Source: Camelus dromedarius
Lineage: Eukaryota
Length of the DNA: 64,000 nucleotides
NCBI RefSeq assembly: GCF_036321535.1
Contig: NC_087437.1
Span: 20,958,001-21,022,000 of the forward strand
Direction: 5' to 3'
Position numbers and translations under genes: made by a program. Shown one piece after another: positions 1-13,329 of the stretch. The notes beneath the pieces were generated by a model that was not told the origin of the DNA, ran no database searches, and saw only the letters and a list, made by a program, of their open reading frames with translations. How positions within the stretch are numbered: the stretch's first letter is position 1; each line of letters opens with the position of its first letter.

Positions 1-3000
1 CATTCATCTGTCAACGGTCATTTAGGTTGCTTCCATGTGTGGACATATTCTTATTAAGAGTTTCCCTACCTCGGTCACCATGAAGACAGCCAATTTATGG
101 GTGAAAAATGACTGAATGGGTTAAAACCTGATTAAGAAATAGGAAAAGACGAAGTAGTGAATGGAGTGGGTAGAGAGAGGAGTGAGGGCCTTTAAACACA
201 TTCATTAATAATTTGAGGAAGGAAGTGAAGGGCCAGTTTGTGTATGATGCAATATTGTTCCAGTTACCAAACCTCATGAAGAAAGGAGAGGAACTCTAGT
301 TGAATTTAAAACACAGTGCAAGGGCAATTAAGGGAGGGGGATGGAACAGCCTTCTTGTCATAGCACTGTGAGTAAATCCTACGAGTCTTTACAAAACTTT
401 ATTTCCCAAATATTTTACACTCAGGAAACACTGATTCTGCTAAAAGTCTCTGCAAAGCAGACCGCTGCCAGTAAAAGAACATCAATGTCCTTACATGTTT
501 ATTCAGAATTAGAGTAATTGGGAGTAATTTCAGATGGAAAAAAATGGAGTTTCTGAGTTTTAGTGAAAGACTATGATAATTTTGAACTGTGCAACAGGAA
601 GACTGCCTGGGAAGAAAAAAGTGTAATTTTTACACTTCATGTAAAATTGTTTTTCACACAATTTTGTGATAGAGTTATGGACTTGGGAATAAGCTAGTGA
701 AAAGAAAGGAAATTAGAAGAATCTGGTATGGATATTATTTTTAAAAAAGGAACAAACCTTTAAAAGCTGGCTTTTAATTTCAAATGATAGGATGTCATTA
801 AGGTTTTCCATTCTTCTTTTAACCATTTGGACAGATATGAAAATGAATACTGAGTACATAACAGGATTTCCAAAATAGGAAAATATCTAGTCTGCAGAGT
901 GGAGGAAGAAAGTGGGCAAATATGATTCAATTTCATTCATTTGACAGATATTTATCAGTGGAGTTAAATATCCAGAAGAAGAGATAAACAAGTACACAGG
1001 TTTATAACACCAGGTAGAGAGAGACAGATGGGGCAGCATTTGGCCAGGAGGGAGGAAAGGCCCTCCTAACAGAGCCCAGCTGGGGGGGAAAAGTGGCCCG
1101 GTATGGCGGGAGATAAGAGGAGTTAGGTAGGCTGGGTCCATTTCCAACGCTGAACACTTGCCTGAGGAATGTGAACTTTACTCTTTAGTCATTTCTAGTA
1201 CTTTTCATGACCTGTAGCGTAGCGTGCTTGCTGGCTGAAGGGATGAATGAAGCCATTGATGCTTTTTTGAGCAGACAAGTGACAAACCCCAATTTTTGCT
1301 TCAGGAAGATTAATTTAAGTGGTGTGTAGGCAGAATGAGAAGGATGGGAGACCTATTATGAGTTCCAGTCAAGAGCATGAGGTGACATTTACTGAGTTAA
1401 TCCAACTACATGCCCAGCATTCCACTAGATGCCTCACACATGTACTCTCCATCATGATTTAATCCTGAGAATAACCCTTTGAGGAAGGGATAGTAAGTAT
1501 AGTATTCCCAGTTTATTGTTGAAAAACAGGTTCAGAAAGATTGAGTAACTTGCCCAAATGTCACACATATAAAAGTGGTAGAATTAGGCTCCAACCCAAG
1601 TCTGTCTGTCTCATAAACTCATTCTTTTTGAAGATGAAACACACACACAAAAACTGTAACATGTCGACACTACTCAGATGAGGATGGTTTTAACAAGGAC
1701 AATGACAGAGAATGGAAAGGAAGGAAGAGAGAGATTTCGGCAGAGTCAGAAGGATGTGGCAACTGAAAACAGTATGGGGCCTAGGGATTCAGAAAAGAGT
1801 CAGAGTTTTAGCCTGGATAACAGAATATGGCTGTGAATTCAGATTCGGAAAAGGATGATAGGGAATATGTTTCGGATCTATTGTTTGAAATGACAGCAAA
1901 ACACATGAGGTGGTAGGTTTACTCTCCCCAACATGTGTACAAATCACACAGAGGTCAACGGCAACACGCACAGACCTGGAAGGGTCACTCCTTGGCCACA
2001 GACACATACCAAGGCCATTCCCTGCGCTGCCCAGCCTTGGCACAAGAAGCTTCTGCTCTTTGGCACATTTCTGCCCCTCCCGCCTTGTCTTCTGTTGGTT
2101 CCTCAGTACATTTCCCAGGAAGGCATTCCCTGACTTCCCAGCTTAATCATCTTAGTTCTTTTCTCCCGATGCCTCTGTCTTTTTCTGTGTCTCCCCCAGA
2201 CTGAGCTGCTGGAGAGCTGGGGCTGTCTTCACCTTGACATGTGTCTCTGAAGCTAACTATTGTCAAGTCTGACCCCCAAAACACATTTGTTGACAGACTG
2301 ACTGACTCCTATTCTTGCCCTAGAAAACAACTACCCTGCCCTATTAAGTCACAGTTTCTTCCTTCTTAGGGCAGAGCAGTTAACCTCAAGACTAGGAAAT
2401 CATCTTCCTCCTCACATACCAGGGTATTATTCATACAGTTTACTCACTGCAAAAAGTTTCCTTGAAATAAAGCTAACAACTAGTCAAAGATTTACAAATT
2501 TCCTAGTGTGAATCAATTTTTTCACAAGCTCAGTTATAATCTGGGGCGGGGGGAGCGGAGCAGGGGGTGGGACCCTACCCTTCTTAGCTCTGTTTCCATA
2601 ATACCCAAGTGGTGGTAAAGTCTTCAAAATTGGGATGGTCTCAGGCATTCAGCTTGTGATTGCGAGTATGGACCTTTTTTTGAACCAGAATAAAGTGTTC
2701 TTACTCAGAAGTAAGAATGTGTACGTACGTGTGGCTTGAGGGTGGAGGCGTGTGGATATTATTACGGGAGTCTCTAAGGCACCTCTTGGCTCGTTTTGAA
2801 TAGGGTAGTTTTGAGGTCTGTGCAACTGTCAAATTCCATTCTGTTTTCTTTCCACAGGGAGTTCCCTTGAGCGCTAGAGGTGGAAGTCCGCTGATGGGGA
2901 CGGGGAGGGGGGCTAATTTCCAGGAGGATTTGGGGATCTCGGAAGGCCCAGGGTTTTCCCTCAGTAGGGTTTTGAGGCTGCACAGAGCCACGACTTGGAG

Positions 3001-3049
3001 CCACACTTGGCTAGCTCCTGGGCTTTTAGGAGGCCAAGAGGAGCAAAGC

Positions 3050-4200
3050 CAGGAGGTGTTTAGCGCGGGGAAGCCGGGCTTAGGCGGAGCGGGGGCGGTG
3101 GTGAGTGGAGGTGGGGGGGCCGGGGGGGGGCGGGGGCGGGGCGGAGAGAGCCAGGCCGAGGCCCAGGGGCGGGGCCAGGCGCGCGGCTCACCCTGGCGGA
3201 GGCCGCGGCTGGGCTCCGCCTCGCCCGGCTACGCAGGCGGCGGGGCTGCGGCACAGGCCGGGCGGCACCATGGCGGCGGCGGCGCTTGCTGCTGCGGCGC
3301 CTTCTTCCGAAGCGCCGGCGGCGACTGCGACGGCAGAGCCTGAGGCCGGGGATGAGGACAGTCGGGAGGTCCGAGTGCTGCAGAGCCTGCGGGGCAAGAT
3401 TTGTAAGCGGGGGCCGGGCTGATGGGTCCCACCCGGCGGCGGCGGCGGCCGCGGGGCTGAGGGGGCGGCGAGCGCGCGGGGGTGGCGGCGCCGAGCCGCG
3501 CTGGGCTCGCGGGGCCGAGAGTGGCCTGGGCGGTGGCCGGGGCCGGGCGAGGCACGCGGGGAGGGCCGGCACGGAGAGGCTGGGAGGGGGGTGTGTTGGG
3601 GGAGGCGTCTCCTGGACGGGGCGGCGTGGGCTGGAGCTGCCCCTGTCCGGAGGGAGTGGAGAGCCGGGAATTTGCCGGGGAAAGGGGGAGGCTCCGGTGG
3701 CAACGCTGGCGCGAGGGGCTCGGCCTCGGGGCGCGGCCTGGGTGCGGGGACTCCCCGGCCGGGGGTGCGGCCAGGGGCGCGGGCCGGGGGAGTGAGGAGC
3801 TTCCGGCCGCTCTCCAGCGCGGGCCTCCGGGCGGCTGCGGGCGTCGGGAGCGGCCCGGCGCTGGAAGCCGAGCGGTAATTACCCGGAGGCGCGGCCGGAG
3901 AATGAGGAGGAGGAGGGCGGGGAAGCGGGGCTGGCCCGAGGGGAGGGGGCTGCCTGTTTCCTGAATCGGGGAGAGGTGGGAAAAGGCGCCCCGAGTTGGA
4001 GGAAACGGGTCGCCCTGGGGCTCGGGTGGCCGCCTCGCGGGTGCTCGAGAGTGAGTGCGCCGGGAGGGGCTCGGGCCGGACACCTGTACTCGCCCCATCT
4101 CGCTGCGGCGGGGACTTGAATCGAGAGACAGCGTGACTGACAGGGACTTCAGGCAGGATGTAGTGGCTTCCTGTGAGCAGGTCTCGAAACACCGTCATCC
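3050..4200. promoter_or_regulatory. RASA2: CpG island promoter spanning RASA2 exon 1 and the start of intron 1
   Basis: Very GC- and CpG-rich block in an otherwise AT-rich, CpG-poor window. GC boxes GGGGCGGGGC at 3133-3142 and 3166-3175, no TATA box evident, contains the start codon at 3270. Confidence 0.92.
3270..3402 (+). CDS. RASA2: RASA2 (Ras p21 protein activator 2, GAP1m) coding exon 1
   Basis: Strong Kozak cACCATGG. Encodes MAAAALAAAAPSSEAPAATATAEPEAGDEDSREVRVLQSLRGKI plus 1 nt (133 nt). Donor GTAAGC at 3403. Splices in frame to exon 2. Confidence 0.96.
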
Positions 4201-7200
4201 AGCCCGCACTTAACCCACTTAATTCCTTTCTTTCTCATGCGTTTAATTGTTACTGTTGTGAGTGAGCCAGTCTAGTTGCCTTCAAATTTTTTCTCAGAGA
4301 TTCTGCACATTGCTATGGACAGACCATTTGAGTTCAGTCATTTGGACATTTATTTGGCTTCCGATTTTTTCACAGAAACGCCCCCCCCCCCCGCGCGCCT
4401 TGTAAGCTGTATCAACATAATTTATTTTTGCTTTTATTGAAAATTAGCTTTGCTTTCTTGATTCAGTATCCTCAAATTGGAAACATGCTTTATGTTTCAT
4501 GTAAATAACCCTTAGTCATGAGGAGTACTTTTCACTTTGTATGAAGAAAACCGAGTTGCATTAAAATGGTTAACAATGCTCTTTCTTGCGCAGGATGTAA
4601 AATTTTCCTCTTCCTGAGAAGTGATGTTATTAATTGAGCTTGGGTTTTCCCACTTTTCCTCTTTTCAAGTTGCTCCCACTTTCAAGTATTTGGGATTTTA
4701 CTAAACCTCAGAAGCAGACATGTTAAATTCTCTCACCTTTTTATTCCCAGAAGTAGTCCGTCCTGGGGCTCTTAAGAGAGTAGAGTTCTTAAAACCTGGG
4801 AAAATGACACCAGAGAAGACCTTGTCTATAAGTTCCCAATGTTGAAGTTACCTTCTAGGGTATAAAAGTTTTTCCATATTCAAATTAAGTCTTATGCTTA
4901 ATATTTGAATACATCTGTTTTAAACATGGGAAAACTACAAATGAATGGGCCAGAGCACCTCCTTGATCTCATTTTCCAAATTTTTACTGCTTTACATTTT
5001 AGTGTCACTTGATGCTAGGCAGTGTCGAGCCTCGCTGATTGACTTATCTGCAGGTTATACCGTGGAACTGCATGTACATATGTCTGTCTTGGAATTGAGT
5101 TAGGGTTGGGTTGTTTTCAAAAGGACTTAGCTGCCCTGCACTTTCACCTGCTCCATGGCGAAGATAGCACTGTAACTGATGTCACTGTGAGTGAAACTTG
5201 GGCCTACAGATTTAAAAAAAACAACAACAACAAAACACAGCTTTGTTTCTACGGTTTAGAGCAACCCCACTACCCAGATTTGGGAGACTGAACATCCACT
5301 TGCTGGCAATGATATTACCTCTTTAACTGTAGTTGAGGTATTACGTCTGTTATCTCAGTTTCTTGCTTTTTGAATTGCTTGGCTTACAGCTCAGGTCATG
5401 GAGTGCCTATTTCATAGAAAAAGTGTATTAGGATGCTTGTAGGTGAAGCTTCTCCCCACCTCCCTCTCCTTTTTTTTGTCCTCTTTTTAAGCTGGTGTAA
5501 TCTAGAGTTGGTTGACTGAGCTTCAGAACCCTGAGAAGAAATGCTGTTTTCTGTTTCCCTGAAACTGACATGTGGGTTTTGCAGGTTGAGGGTTTGGGGG
5601 CTGGAAGAGTCATTGTTAGCAGGTGCTACAGTCACAGAAATGGGATGATAGTGCTTCTGACAATGCAGATGTTACGCAGCTTGGGGATGGGGGTAACCCT
5701 GTCAGCTTTCCTTTTCACCATGCTGGGAGACTTGGGAGGAAGGCCTGGTAGTGCCCACTAGCCTGGAGATGTGCTGGCAGATTCCAGACTGCTGGTTGAG
5801 AGCCTCTGACTTGGACGGTTAGAGATCCACAGAGCTGAAAGTGAGCCTGAAAGGAAACGTTCCTGGATGTGGGCAGACCCCTCACCTCCAAATCATAGCA
5901 GCAGAAAATGAGGAGGGATTGATTTATATGTCTCCAAAGTTCTAGAGTAGAACTCCACAACCTTCTTTAGGCATTTGATTCCAGTATTTGTTAGTTTTCC
6001 CATATATCCCATCTGATTTTCCCATATACTTCCCATATACTTCACAAGGTGAGATGACAGATTGAAAACCATTTTGTGGTCACTTTCAATCAGCTGACAT
6101 TAACAAATCCAGTGTTACTGCAGTATTTTAGCTTATATGCCGATCCCCAATTCCCTGAGGTCATATTAGTGCTGTAGGAAATCATGACAGCTCCAGATAT
6201 TAATATTCAAGAGACAGATTTGGTTTTTGGATCTCCTAGAGTTGTCATATGAACCTTTGATAAAGGAAATTACAGTTGTACTCCAGACTCCATCCTTTGG
6301 CTTGAACTCAGTGCAGTGAGTGGCAGGTATGCTAGTCCTTCTGAAGCACTTTGACATTGGCCCCATCCTCCTAAGAAAACCTTTCACAAGTGAAAGACGG
6401 GGACTGGGGCTTCTCCTTTATACTTTAAGGCTTCATGCTGCTATTTTGTGCTGTCCTTTTCGGTCACTGCTTTTTGTTAAATTTGCTCTTGTCCAGGTTG
6501 TAAAAATGTTGCTCAGAGAGCTCACGCTACCTTATATGTGGGTTTATCTGCTCAAGGGAGACCAGATTGTTAAGGGAGCCAACGAGAATTTGTATGAATA
6601 TTGAGATGTGTGGTACAGTACGAGATCTGTGGGCCCATGATGTGTCCCAGAACTCACTTGGTCTCCCTGATATTTTTAGATGAAGAGTGATCCAGGGCTG
6701 TTTGGAGAAGTAGAATCTGTGGGTATGGTTAAGTGCTTGAGTTTAGAGGTTTGGTCAGGGTAGTCATCTGGGTTTGCTTCTTCACTTAATTTCCAACTTT
6801 TGTTAACCCTATTGTGTCTTTGTATTCTCACATGTAAAGAAGAAATAGTAAAAACACCTCTACCTCACAGGATTGATCTGAGGATTCAGTAAATCCCCTA
6901 CTTTGATCATCTCTCTTTCTCCCCGCAGGAGCTGAATCAGACATGGACCACCTCTTAGGAAGGAGTAAAGTAGGAGATAAAAACTGATGTTTATCTAATG
7001 TTCATGCCCAACATGCACTGGCATTTCCTGGTGTATGAAGCTGACTAAAATCAGACCTGAATTCTGTTTCATACATTGTTAATTGTTGTTCATGTGACTT
7101 TAGGCAGCTCACTTACTTTTGAGCTTATCTTCCTCCTCTTTAAAATGAGAATAATTCCTCATCACTATCCATTTTGTACATGTCATTCCCTCCACCCCAT

Positions 7201-7951
7201 ATTTATGTCAGGGAACTCCTACTCATCCTTCAAAAGCCTGCGCCATGTAATCTCCTGACCAAAGCCTTCTTTGGGGCACTGCCACCCTGATTCCTGGAGA
7301 GAATGTGTTAGGCCTGTTTGGCGTACTGTTTGGTGATCACAACTCATTGTTCATTTCCTTATTACAGCACGTTTTATAGAAATCATTTATTTCCCCCATT
7401 AGACTGTGAATTCTTCCAGAATAGAATTTATTATTCTTCTTGGTTTTTTTTTTTTTTTTAACTCTCCAGGTGTCAGTACAGTGCCTAGAACAGAATAGGC
7501 CTTTAGAAAATGCTTTACCTCTCACTATGTTATCCTGAGGAGAATTTGAGATATATACTAGATATGAAAGTGCTTTGTAAATTTTACAGCCAAACAAACT
7601 AGAAGGTGATAATATTATTAAAAGAAAATGACATGGGTCTGTGGCAGGAAGTTCATCCCTTTAAAAATCACAGTGCCAACTGAGCTTAGGTTTGAAGTGA
7701 TGCCAAAGTTGCCTCATTAGGAAAAGGATTAAATTTTTCTAAATGCCCTGATTGCTTATTATTAGGGGATTTGAATATTGTTACCTGACCATATTCCATG
7801 AATATCGTTACTAATTGGTCCTGAGCCTGTAAAAGAAAAATCTCATAATCACACTGTGTACACATTAAATGTTTTTATTTGCCATGGCAGGTTTGCATTT
7901 TTTGGTAATAAAGTATAATCAAAACATTTTATTGACCATGCAGTAGAATTG

Positions 7952-8125
7952 AGAGGGAGAGATTAAAAAGAGTTTATTCATGCTAAGAACTCATTATTAT
8001 CAGATATTTGAAATGAGATGGGTTATTTAATAAATTAATAGAAAGAGGGAGAGATTAAAAAAGGTTTTGTTCATGCTAAGAACTCATTATTGTCAGAAAT
8101 TTAAAATGAGATGATGAGTTATTTA
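7952..8125 (+). repeat. Two-copy local tandem duplication (~92-bp period)
   Basis: agagggagagattaaaaa...ttcatgctaagaactcattatt.tcaga.attt.aaatgagatg...gttattta at 7952-8029 and again at 8044-8125. Confidence 0.9.
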
Positions 8126-9728
8126 GGATGGAGGAAGAATCCATCTTTCAGAGGGATACAAATGAGAGAAAGGGGTTCTTTGTAAAAGTTCACAGAGCAC
8201 TCTGCTAATCATTTGGTCTGAGGAAGGCAGGAGGTAAACCTCAATGAGTTCATAGATTTTTTTGTAACTTAGAACTCTTTGAATGGACTCTAAGAGACTG
8301 GAACTAATGTAGCTGAAATAAAACTATCGTTTTATCCTTTAATCGTAGATGCTAATCCTATTTCTTGTTAATGTGCTTTATGAAATTATTTGACAATAAT
8401 ATCAGATTATATGTTTTATCTACTAATGAAGTTCTATGCACTTTTGAGAGCAGCTGACAGCTTTGTTGTAATCAATTAATGTAAATTAAGAGACTATGTA
8501 TATTAAGAAATTTCTGTATCTTTAGTTTTATATGTCATTATTGTCATCAAAAATCCCTAGCTAAAATAATATACCTTATAAGGTTATACCAGTACACATG
8601 CAAACATCAGTGAACAATAATTGACAAATCTGTTACTGTGAGCTTGGTTCTAAGAATATTCTTAATGACAAAATGACTTTGGGCAAATTCTTTAACTTTG
8701 CTGAGCTTCTGTTTTCTTACTTGTAAAATGAGAGTTTTGGATGTGGACTTTAACATCCCTTCCAGCACAAAGTCTTTGACTATTACCTTTTAACTTGAAC
8801 CATTTTTTTAAAGACAGTGTATCAGATGCTTTTCTTTTAAAGCTCAAATGTAGTATGCTTATTTTGCGTAAATCTAAGATGTATTATATAAGATTGTTTG
8901 AATCCTAACAACATTTTTTTCCTGTGACCATTAATTTCTTCAGTAATACGCAATAAATGTCTGAGTGTCTGTTAGGGCACTAGCCTCCTGGAATGTGAAC
9001 TGGGCCTAAGCAGTGAATGAGATGAAAAAGTTTCTTCCTAGTTTGTCCTAAAGCAATTGTTGCTTTTAGGCACCTGTATTCTTAGAGATTTATAGATGGT
9101 TAGAGCTGGAAGATGGAGAACATATCTTGTTCAGTCCTATCATTTTACAAATGATGAAGTTGAGGCTCAGAGACTCCAGTGTCACACAATTAATGGCCTG
9201 TTGGGCACTAGTACACTAGCAGAGTTTTTGCTAAAATGCTACATAGAATGAATTCATACAAATGTACTGTGTTTAATATATGAAGATTATACTGCTTATC
9301 TAGTGGTATATCCAGAAGTAGTAATATTGTGCCATCTACACACTCATCTGTTCCTTTTGAAGAACTTTGTGACGTGATTAGGATTCGTGATGAAACTACG
9401 GTTGTAAGCTCAGTGGAGATTGAGCCTGGGTATTTACCTGTTTGTCTCATGCTCTAACTCAGCTGTTTTCAGATCTGACTGCCCATCAGTGTCACCTGTG
9501 AACTTAAAAAATTTGATGCCCAGGCCCTACTCCAGACCTACTAAATCAGTATCTGGGGTGGTACTTGGACATCTGTAGGTTAAAACATCCCACAGGGGTT
9601 GAAAATGGGCAGCTAGGGTAGTGAACCTCTGCTTTTGTGCATTGAACAGACTAGCCCCCAACTAGCTGAATAGTAGCAACCTGCTGTGCATGACTGTTTA
9701 AAGAGTACCAATAGAAAGTTTGGTGTGA

Positions 9729-12216
9729 CATAAGGGTGGTTCAACAGACACAGATCAATCAATGTAATACATCCCACTGACAAGAGAAAGGACAAAAACC
9801 ACATGATCATCTTAATAGCTGCAGAAAAAGCATTTGATAAAATTCAACACCCATTTATGATAAAAACTCTCACCACAGTGGGTATAGAGGGAACATAACA
9901 TAATAAAAGCTATAAATGACAAACCTACAGCCAGCATAGTACTCAATGGTGAATAACTCAAAAGCGTCCCACTAAAATCTGGGACAAGACAAGGCTGCCC
10001 ACTATCACCACTCCTATTCAACATAGTCTTGGAAGTCCTAGCCACAGCAATCAGGCAAGAGAGAGAAATAAAAGGGATCCAAATTGAAAAAGAAGAGGTA
10101 AAAGTGTCACTATATGTAGAAAACCCTAAAAGGTCCACACAAAAACTACTAGAACTGATTGAAGAATTCAGCAAGGTAGCAGGTTACAAGATTAACATTC
10201 AAAAATCAGTTGCATTTCTTTACACTAGCGATGAATCAACAGGAAAAGAAAGTAAAGAAATAATCCTCTTTCAAATAGCACCCAAAGTAATAAAATACCT
10301 AGGAATAAATCTAACCAAGGAGGTGAAAGAATTATACACGGAAAACTATAAAGCAGTGATTAGGGAAATTAAAGAAGACATAAAAAACTGGAAAGATATC
10401 CCATGCTTCTGGATTGGAGAAATCAATATTGTTAAAATGGTCATACTGCCCAAGGCAATCTACAGATTTAATGCAATCCCTATCAAATTACCCAGGATAT
10501 ATTTCACAGAACTAGAACAAATCATAATAAAATTTGTATGGAATCACAAAAGACCTAGAATTGCCAAAGCATTACTGAAGAAAAAGAAAGAGACTGGAGG
10601 AATAACCCTCTTCAGACAATACTATAGAGCTACAGTAATCAAAACAGCATGGTATTGGTACAAAAACAGACATATGGACCAATGGAACAGAATAGAGCCC
10701 AGAAAGAAACCCACAAACTTTTGGTCAACTAATCTTTGACAAAGGAGGCAAAAACATACAATGGAATAAAGATAGTCTCTTCAGCAAACGGTGTTGGGAA
10801 AACTGAACAGCAGCACATAAATCAGTGAAGCTAGAACATTCCCTTACACCATACACAAAAATAAACTCAAAATGGATCAAAGACTTAAACATAAGACAAG
10901 ATACAATAAACCTCCTAGAAGGAAATACAGGCAAAACATTATCTGACATACATCTCAAAAATGTTCTCCTAGGGCAGTCTACCCAAGCAATAGAAGTAAA
11001 AGCAAGAATAAACAAATGGAGCCTAATTAAATTTACAAGCTTCTGCACAGCAAAGGAAACCATAAGCAGAACAAAATGACAACCTATGGAATGGGAGAAA
11101 ATTTTTGCAAAAGATGAAACTGACAAAGACTTGATCTCCAGACTATATCAGCAGCTCATACAACTTAATAAGAAAAAAACAAATAACCCAATCCAAAATG
11201 GGGCAGAAGACCTAAACAAACAATTCTCCAAGGAAGAAATAACAAATGATCAATAGGCACATGAAAAAATGCTCAGTATCACTAATTATCAGAGAAATGC
11301 AAATCAAAACTACAATGAGCTATCACCTAACACCAGTCAGAATGGCCATCATTCAAAAGTCCACAAATGACAAATGCTGGAGGCTGTGGAGAAAAGGGAA
11401 CCCTCCTACACTGCTGGTGGGAATGCAGTTTGGTGCAGCCACTGTGGAAAACAGTATGGAGATTCCTCAAAAGACTAGGAATAGACTTACTATATGACCC
11501 AGGAATCCCACTCCTGGGCATATATCCAGAAGGAACCTTACTTCAAAAAGTCACCTGCACCCCACAGTGTTCATAGCAGCACTATTTACAATAGGCAAGA
11601 CATGGAAACAGCCTAAATATCCATCGACAGATGACTGGATAAAGAAGAGGTGGTATATTTATACAATAGAATACTATTCAGCCATAAAAACCAACAACAT
11701 AACGCCATTTGCAGTAACATGGATGTCCCTGGAGAATGTCATTCTAAGTGAAGTGAGCCAGAAAAACGAAAGAAAAATACCATATGAAATAGCGCATGGG
11801 TGGAATTGAAAGAAAGGAAGGAAAGAACGAAGGAAGGAAGGAAGGAGAGAAGAAAGGAAGGAAAGAATGAAGGAAGGAAGGAGGGAAGGAAGGAAGAAAG
11901 GAAGAAAGAAATGAACATAAATACAAAACAGAAATAGACTCATAGACATAGAATACAAACTTGTGGTTGCCAGAGGGGAGAGGTTGGAAAGGGACAGACT
12001 GGGCGTTCGAAATTTGTAGATACTGACGGGCATATGTAGAATAGATAAACAAGATTATACTGTACAGCACAAGGAAATATATACAAGATCTCGTGGTAGG
12101 TAGCCCACAGTGAAAAAGAATGTGACAAGGAATATATATATGTTCATGTATAACTGGAAAATTGTGCTCTACACTGGAAATTGACACATTGTAAACTGAC
12201 AACAACTGAACTAAAA
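9729..12216 (+). mobile_element. 5'-truncated young LINE-1 (ORF2 RT/C-terminal part plus 3' UTR)
   Basis: ORF2 peptides in the track (10029..10739, 10825..11079, 11246..11497, 11367..11576, 11567..11809), broken by frameshifts. A-tail. TSD aaagtttggtgtga (9715-9728) / aaaatttggtgtga (12217-12230). Confidence 0.95.
11808..11911 (+). repeat. (GGAA/GAAA)n microsatellite in the L1 3' UTR
   Basis: aagaaaggaaggaaagaacgaaggaaggaag... about 100 bp, nearly all purine. Confidence 0.9.
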
Positions 12217-12279
12217 AAAATTTGGTGTGATCACAGGGAGGTTTTAATTTGATTACTTTTTAAGGTTTATTTGTTTATT

Positions 12280-13150
12280 TGATTAGATAATACAAATATT
12301 TGGCACAAAATTCAAAAGATACATAAAGGTATACGTTAAAAAGTTTTGTTACTTCTTTTGTCTCCTAGCCATTACCTTTCCAGAAGCAAGCATTGCTGGT
12401 TTCTTGTGTATCCTTGTGGAGATTATTTAAGCATTTACATTTAAAAGTATGAGTATTAATATCTCTCTCTCACCAATATACATATCACAACAAAATACAC
12501 ACATTGTTTGTATCCTGCTTTTTTATGCTTAACAGTAATAGCTTGAAGATTTTTCATAAATAAATAAATAAATAGGGGAGCTGCCTCATTTTTTAAACAG
12601 CTGCATAAAATTTCATCATCTGGATGTACCACAGTTTATTTAGCCAGTCCCCTGTTGATGGACATTTAGCTTGTTTGCAATCTTTGCTATTATACACATT
12701 ATTGCGGTAAATAATCTTGTAGGCATGTCATTTTTAATATGAATACACGTGTCTGTAGGATAAATTCTGGATGTTAAACTGATGAATTGGATGGTATGTG
12801 CATTTTCATTTTGGAAAGACAGTGCCAAATTGCTTTTCATAGAAACCGTAACAATTTATGCTCCCACCAGCAATGTTTGAATGTCCATTTCTTTATACCC
12901 ACATAGTGAATATTTTAAAACTTCTTGATCTTTACTGGTCTGTAAGATGAAAAGGAATACCTAATTTTTAATTTTAACTCACAACTTCTAAATGAGGTTG
13001 AGGATCTCTTCATATTTTTCAGAGCCATTTTTATTTCTATTTTTTTGGTGAAATTGATTATTTGGTTTGCCTTTTTTTTCTGCTGAATTACCAGTCTTCT
13101 TACTGATTTGTGGGAATGCTTTATGCAGTGAGGAAGTTAGCTTTTTTTAG
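12280..13150 (-). mobile_element. Ancient L1M fragment
   Basis: Degenerate reverse-complement ORF2-end/3' UTR (cctgttgatggacatttag...ctcccaccagcaatg). Approximate limits. Confidence 0.7.
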
Positions 13151-13329
13151 TGGAAAGATGTTTTTTAAATTTAGATGCTTTGGCTGATGTCTGTGTTTAT
13201 TCTTGAGGAGAAGTTGGTTGTAAGATCCAGTGAGCGCAGTCTTTTGTTGGTTTCATCTACTTATATAATTTCTGATATTAGAATAGAAGTGGAAAAAGAA
13301 CTGTTTGAGGAAAAGTAAGTGAAGACTTA

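Noticed and set aside
3105..3269. In-frame GTG-initiated N-terminal extension of RASA2
   Set aside because: Starts in the GC-box/G-run region that is probably upstream of the TSS. An open frame is unremarkable at this GC content.
2867..4198. Several long ORFs on both strands (up to 336 aa) over the CpG island
   Set aside because: Low-complexity Pro/Arg/Gly/Ala translations expected from stop-poor GC-rich DNA. Only 3270-3402 has a Kozak start, splice donor and homology.
7952..8125. Repeat-spacer-repeat pattern as a possible CRISPR array
   Set aside because: Only two long diverged copies, in a mammalian intron, with no cas genes.
10029..11809. L1 ORF2 peptides as a functional reverse transcriptase system
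   Set aside because: 5'-truncated, multiple frameshifts and stops, catalytic motif deleted.
11674..12205. Minus-strand ORFs of 119 and 153 aa rich in F/L/P/S
   Set aside because: Antisense translation of the (GGAA)n microsatellite and L1 3' UTR.
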